Assembly (NCBI GenBank): GCA_030727685.1 | Contig: JANRBC010000029.1 | Coordinates: 1-38,026, forward strand | Direction: 5' to 3' | DNA length: 38,026 nt | Origin: Ilumatobacteraceae bacterium | GTDB taxonomy: Bacteria > Actinomycetota > Acidimicrobiia > Acidimicrobiales > Ilumatobacteraceae | Part shown: one piece after another, positions 36,815-38,026 of the stretch | Layout of the letters: the number at the start of each line of letters is the position of its first letter | Numbering within the stretch: the stretch's first letter is position 1 | The notes under the pieces: generated by a model | Databases searched by the model: none | What the model was told of the DNA's origin: nothing | Seen by the model: only the letters and a program-made list of their open reading frames with translations | Program-made: the position numbers and the translations under genes

Positions 36815-38026
36815 TTAATTGTGTTGTTTCTTTAGGGCGTCAACTATCGCAGTTATCGCTTCAGGGTTCGCAATCGCTTCAAGATTGCGCACTGGTCGAC
36901 CGTTTACTGCATCAGCCACAGCCAATTCGACAAGTTTGTTGCTGCGCGTGCGCGGCAAGTCTGCAACTGAAATTACGACTGCAGGCACATGGCGCGGTGT
37001 GCACGCGTTGCGAATGCGTGTCTTCAAATCGCTGACGAGCAAATCTGTCAACGAAACTTCAGGTCGCAGTCTGACTGCTAGAACAATGCGCATATCGTTA
37101 TCGAGATCTTGGCCGAAAACAAGACTCTCGAGAACATCAGAGTGCTGTTCGACGACTCGATAAATTTCAGCAGTGCCGATGCGTACACCGCCCGGGTTGA
37201 GTGTTGTATCGCTGCGACCGTGAATCGTCATGCCACCATTTTTTGACCATGACGCAAAGTCGCCGTGGCTCCACATTCCTGGGAATCTCTCGAAATATGC
37301 TGCACGAAATTTTGGCCCTGGCGAACTTGGGCTAGGTAAACCCGAAGATCCATCGCCCCAGAAACCAAGTGGCACCGACGGAAATGGTTGACGGCAAACT
37401 AGCTCGCCCGCAGTATCGAAACTTTTTTTTAGCGAGAGAGTTTGGTCGTCGACGACATCAGTATCCATACCGAGACACGGACGTTGAATTTCGCCGGCAT
37501 AAACGCTGCTCGTTGGGTCGCCCGCAACGAAACATGCGCAGAGATCGGTGCCACCAGAAATTGAAGCAAGATGTGCGGCGGTCGAAACCTTCTCGTAGAC
37601 CCAAGCAAAACCTTCGGGCGCAAGCGGCGAACCAGTCGAACAAATCGTGCGCAAAGTTTTTAACGAATGTGTCGAAATCGGATTGATGTCTGACTTTCGA
37701 GCCGAGTCGATGAACTTGGCTGAAGTGCCAAGAAGTGTGAGTTGCTCTTGGTCGACAAGATCGAACAGTCGATTCATCGTCGGAAAACTTGGCGAGCCGT
37801 CATAGAGCACGGCAGTGGCGCCACTTGCGAGAACCGAGACGAGCCAGTTCCACATCATCCAACCAGTCGTTGTGAAGTACATGACTCGATCGTCGGTTTT
37901 GATGTCGCAATGCAGTTGGTGTTCTTTGAGATGCTGAAGCAATACCCCGCCGGTGCGATGCACGATACATTTCGGCACACCAGTTGTGCCCGACGAGTAA
38001 AGCACATACCAAGGATGATCAAATTC
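36815..38026 (-). CDS. Acetoacetate--CoA ligase (5' part beyond window edge)
   Basis: Frame open to 38026 (EFDHPWYVLYSSGTTGVPKCIVH), TTGWMMWNW, SISGGTD, GRSDTTLNPGGVRIGTAEIY, LPRTRSNK. Confidence 0.92.
   Translation of the reverse strand, partial: EFDHPWYVLYSSGTTGVPKCIVHRTGGVLLQHLKEHQLHCDIKTDDRVMYFTTTGWMMWNWLVSVLASGATAVLYDGSPSFPTMNRLFDLVDQEQLTLLGTSAKFIDSARKSDINPISTHSLKTLRTICSTGSPLAPEGFAWVYEKVSTAAHLASISGGTDLCACFVAGDPTSSVYAGEIQRPCLGMDTDVVDDQTLSLKKSFDTAGELVCRQPFPSVPLGFWGDGSSGLPSPSSPGPKFRAAYFERFPGMWSHGDFASWSKNGGMTIHGRSDTTLNPGGVRIGTAEIYRVVEQHSDVLESLVFGQDLDNDMRIVLAVRLRPEVSLTDLLVSDLKTRIRNACTPRHVPAVVISVADLPRTRSNKLVELAVADAVNGRPVRNLEAIANPEAITAIVDALKKQHN

Noticed and set aside
1..38026. CRISPR arrays, tRNA/rRNA genes, IS elements, prophage or defence genes
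   Set aside because: No periodic repeats, RNA-gene signatures or transposase/integrase ORFs seen; intergenic gaps are too short for arrays or rRNA.

Overview
A gene-dense, mostly housekeeping window. The gene set and promoter style suggest an actinobacterium of class Acidimicrobiia (inference, not a database result): FAS-II genes, a stand-alone trpF, alpha2-type GlyRS, an F420-dependent LLM enzyme, a GerMN lipoprotein and pervasive leaderless starts. Left to right: acpP(partial)-fabF, fabZ, an internally deleted bcp remnant, trpCFBA with an ABM-domain gene, glyQS, recO, a divergent pair of cis-prenyltransferase-family genes, a DinG/YoaA helicase, an OmpR regulator divergent from a kinase + GerMN lipoprotein, a large polytopic membrane protein, era, MaoC/LLM/acyl-CoA dehydrogenase, menG-F-D-H-A-E, MFS, SDR, CNNM-ybeY-phoH, a GNAT-like gene divergent from a membrane GGDEF-EAL gene, gdh, a PhnD-like protein and a partial acetoacetate-CoA ligase. 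I saw no tRNA, rRNA, CRISPR or mobile element. Best candidate for an undescribed system: the divergent UppS pair (7951-9272) has lost complementary motifs, one keeping the catalytic core but no RxG tail and the other the reverse, as in eukaryotic DHDDS/NgBR heteromers. Also notable: a candidate regulator-activated small RNA with an anti-SD loop (about 11974-12022), a 42-codon in-frame bcp remnant coupled to fabZ, and a possible signal-synthase/c-di-GMP receptor pair.
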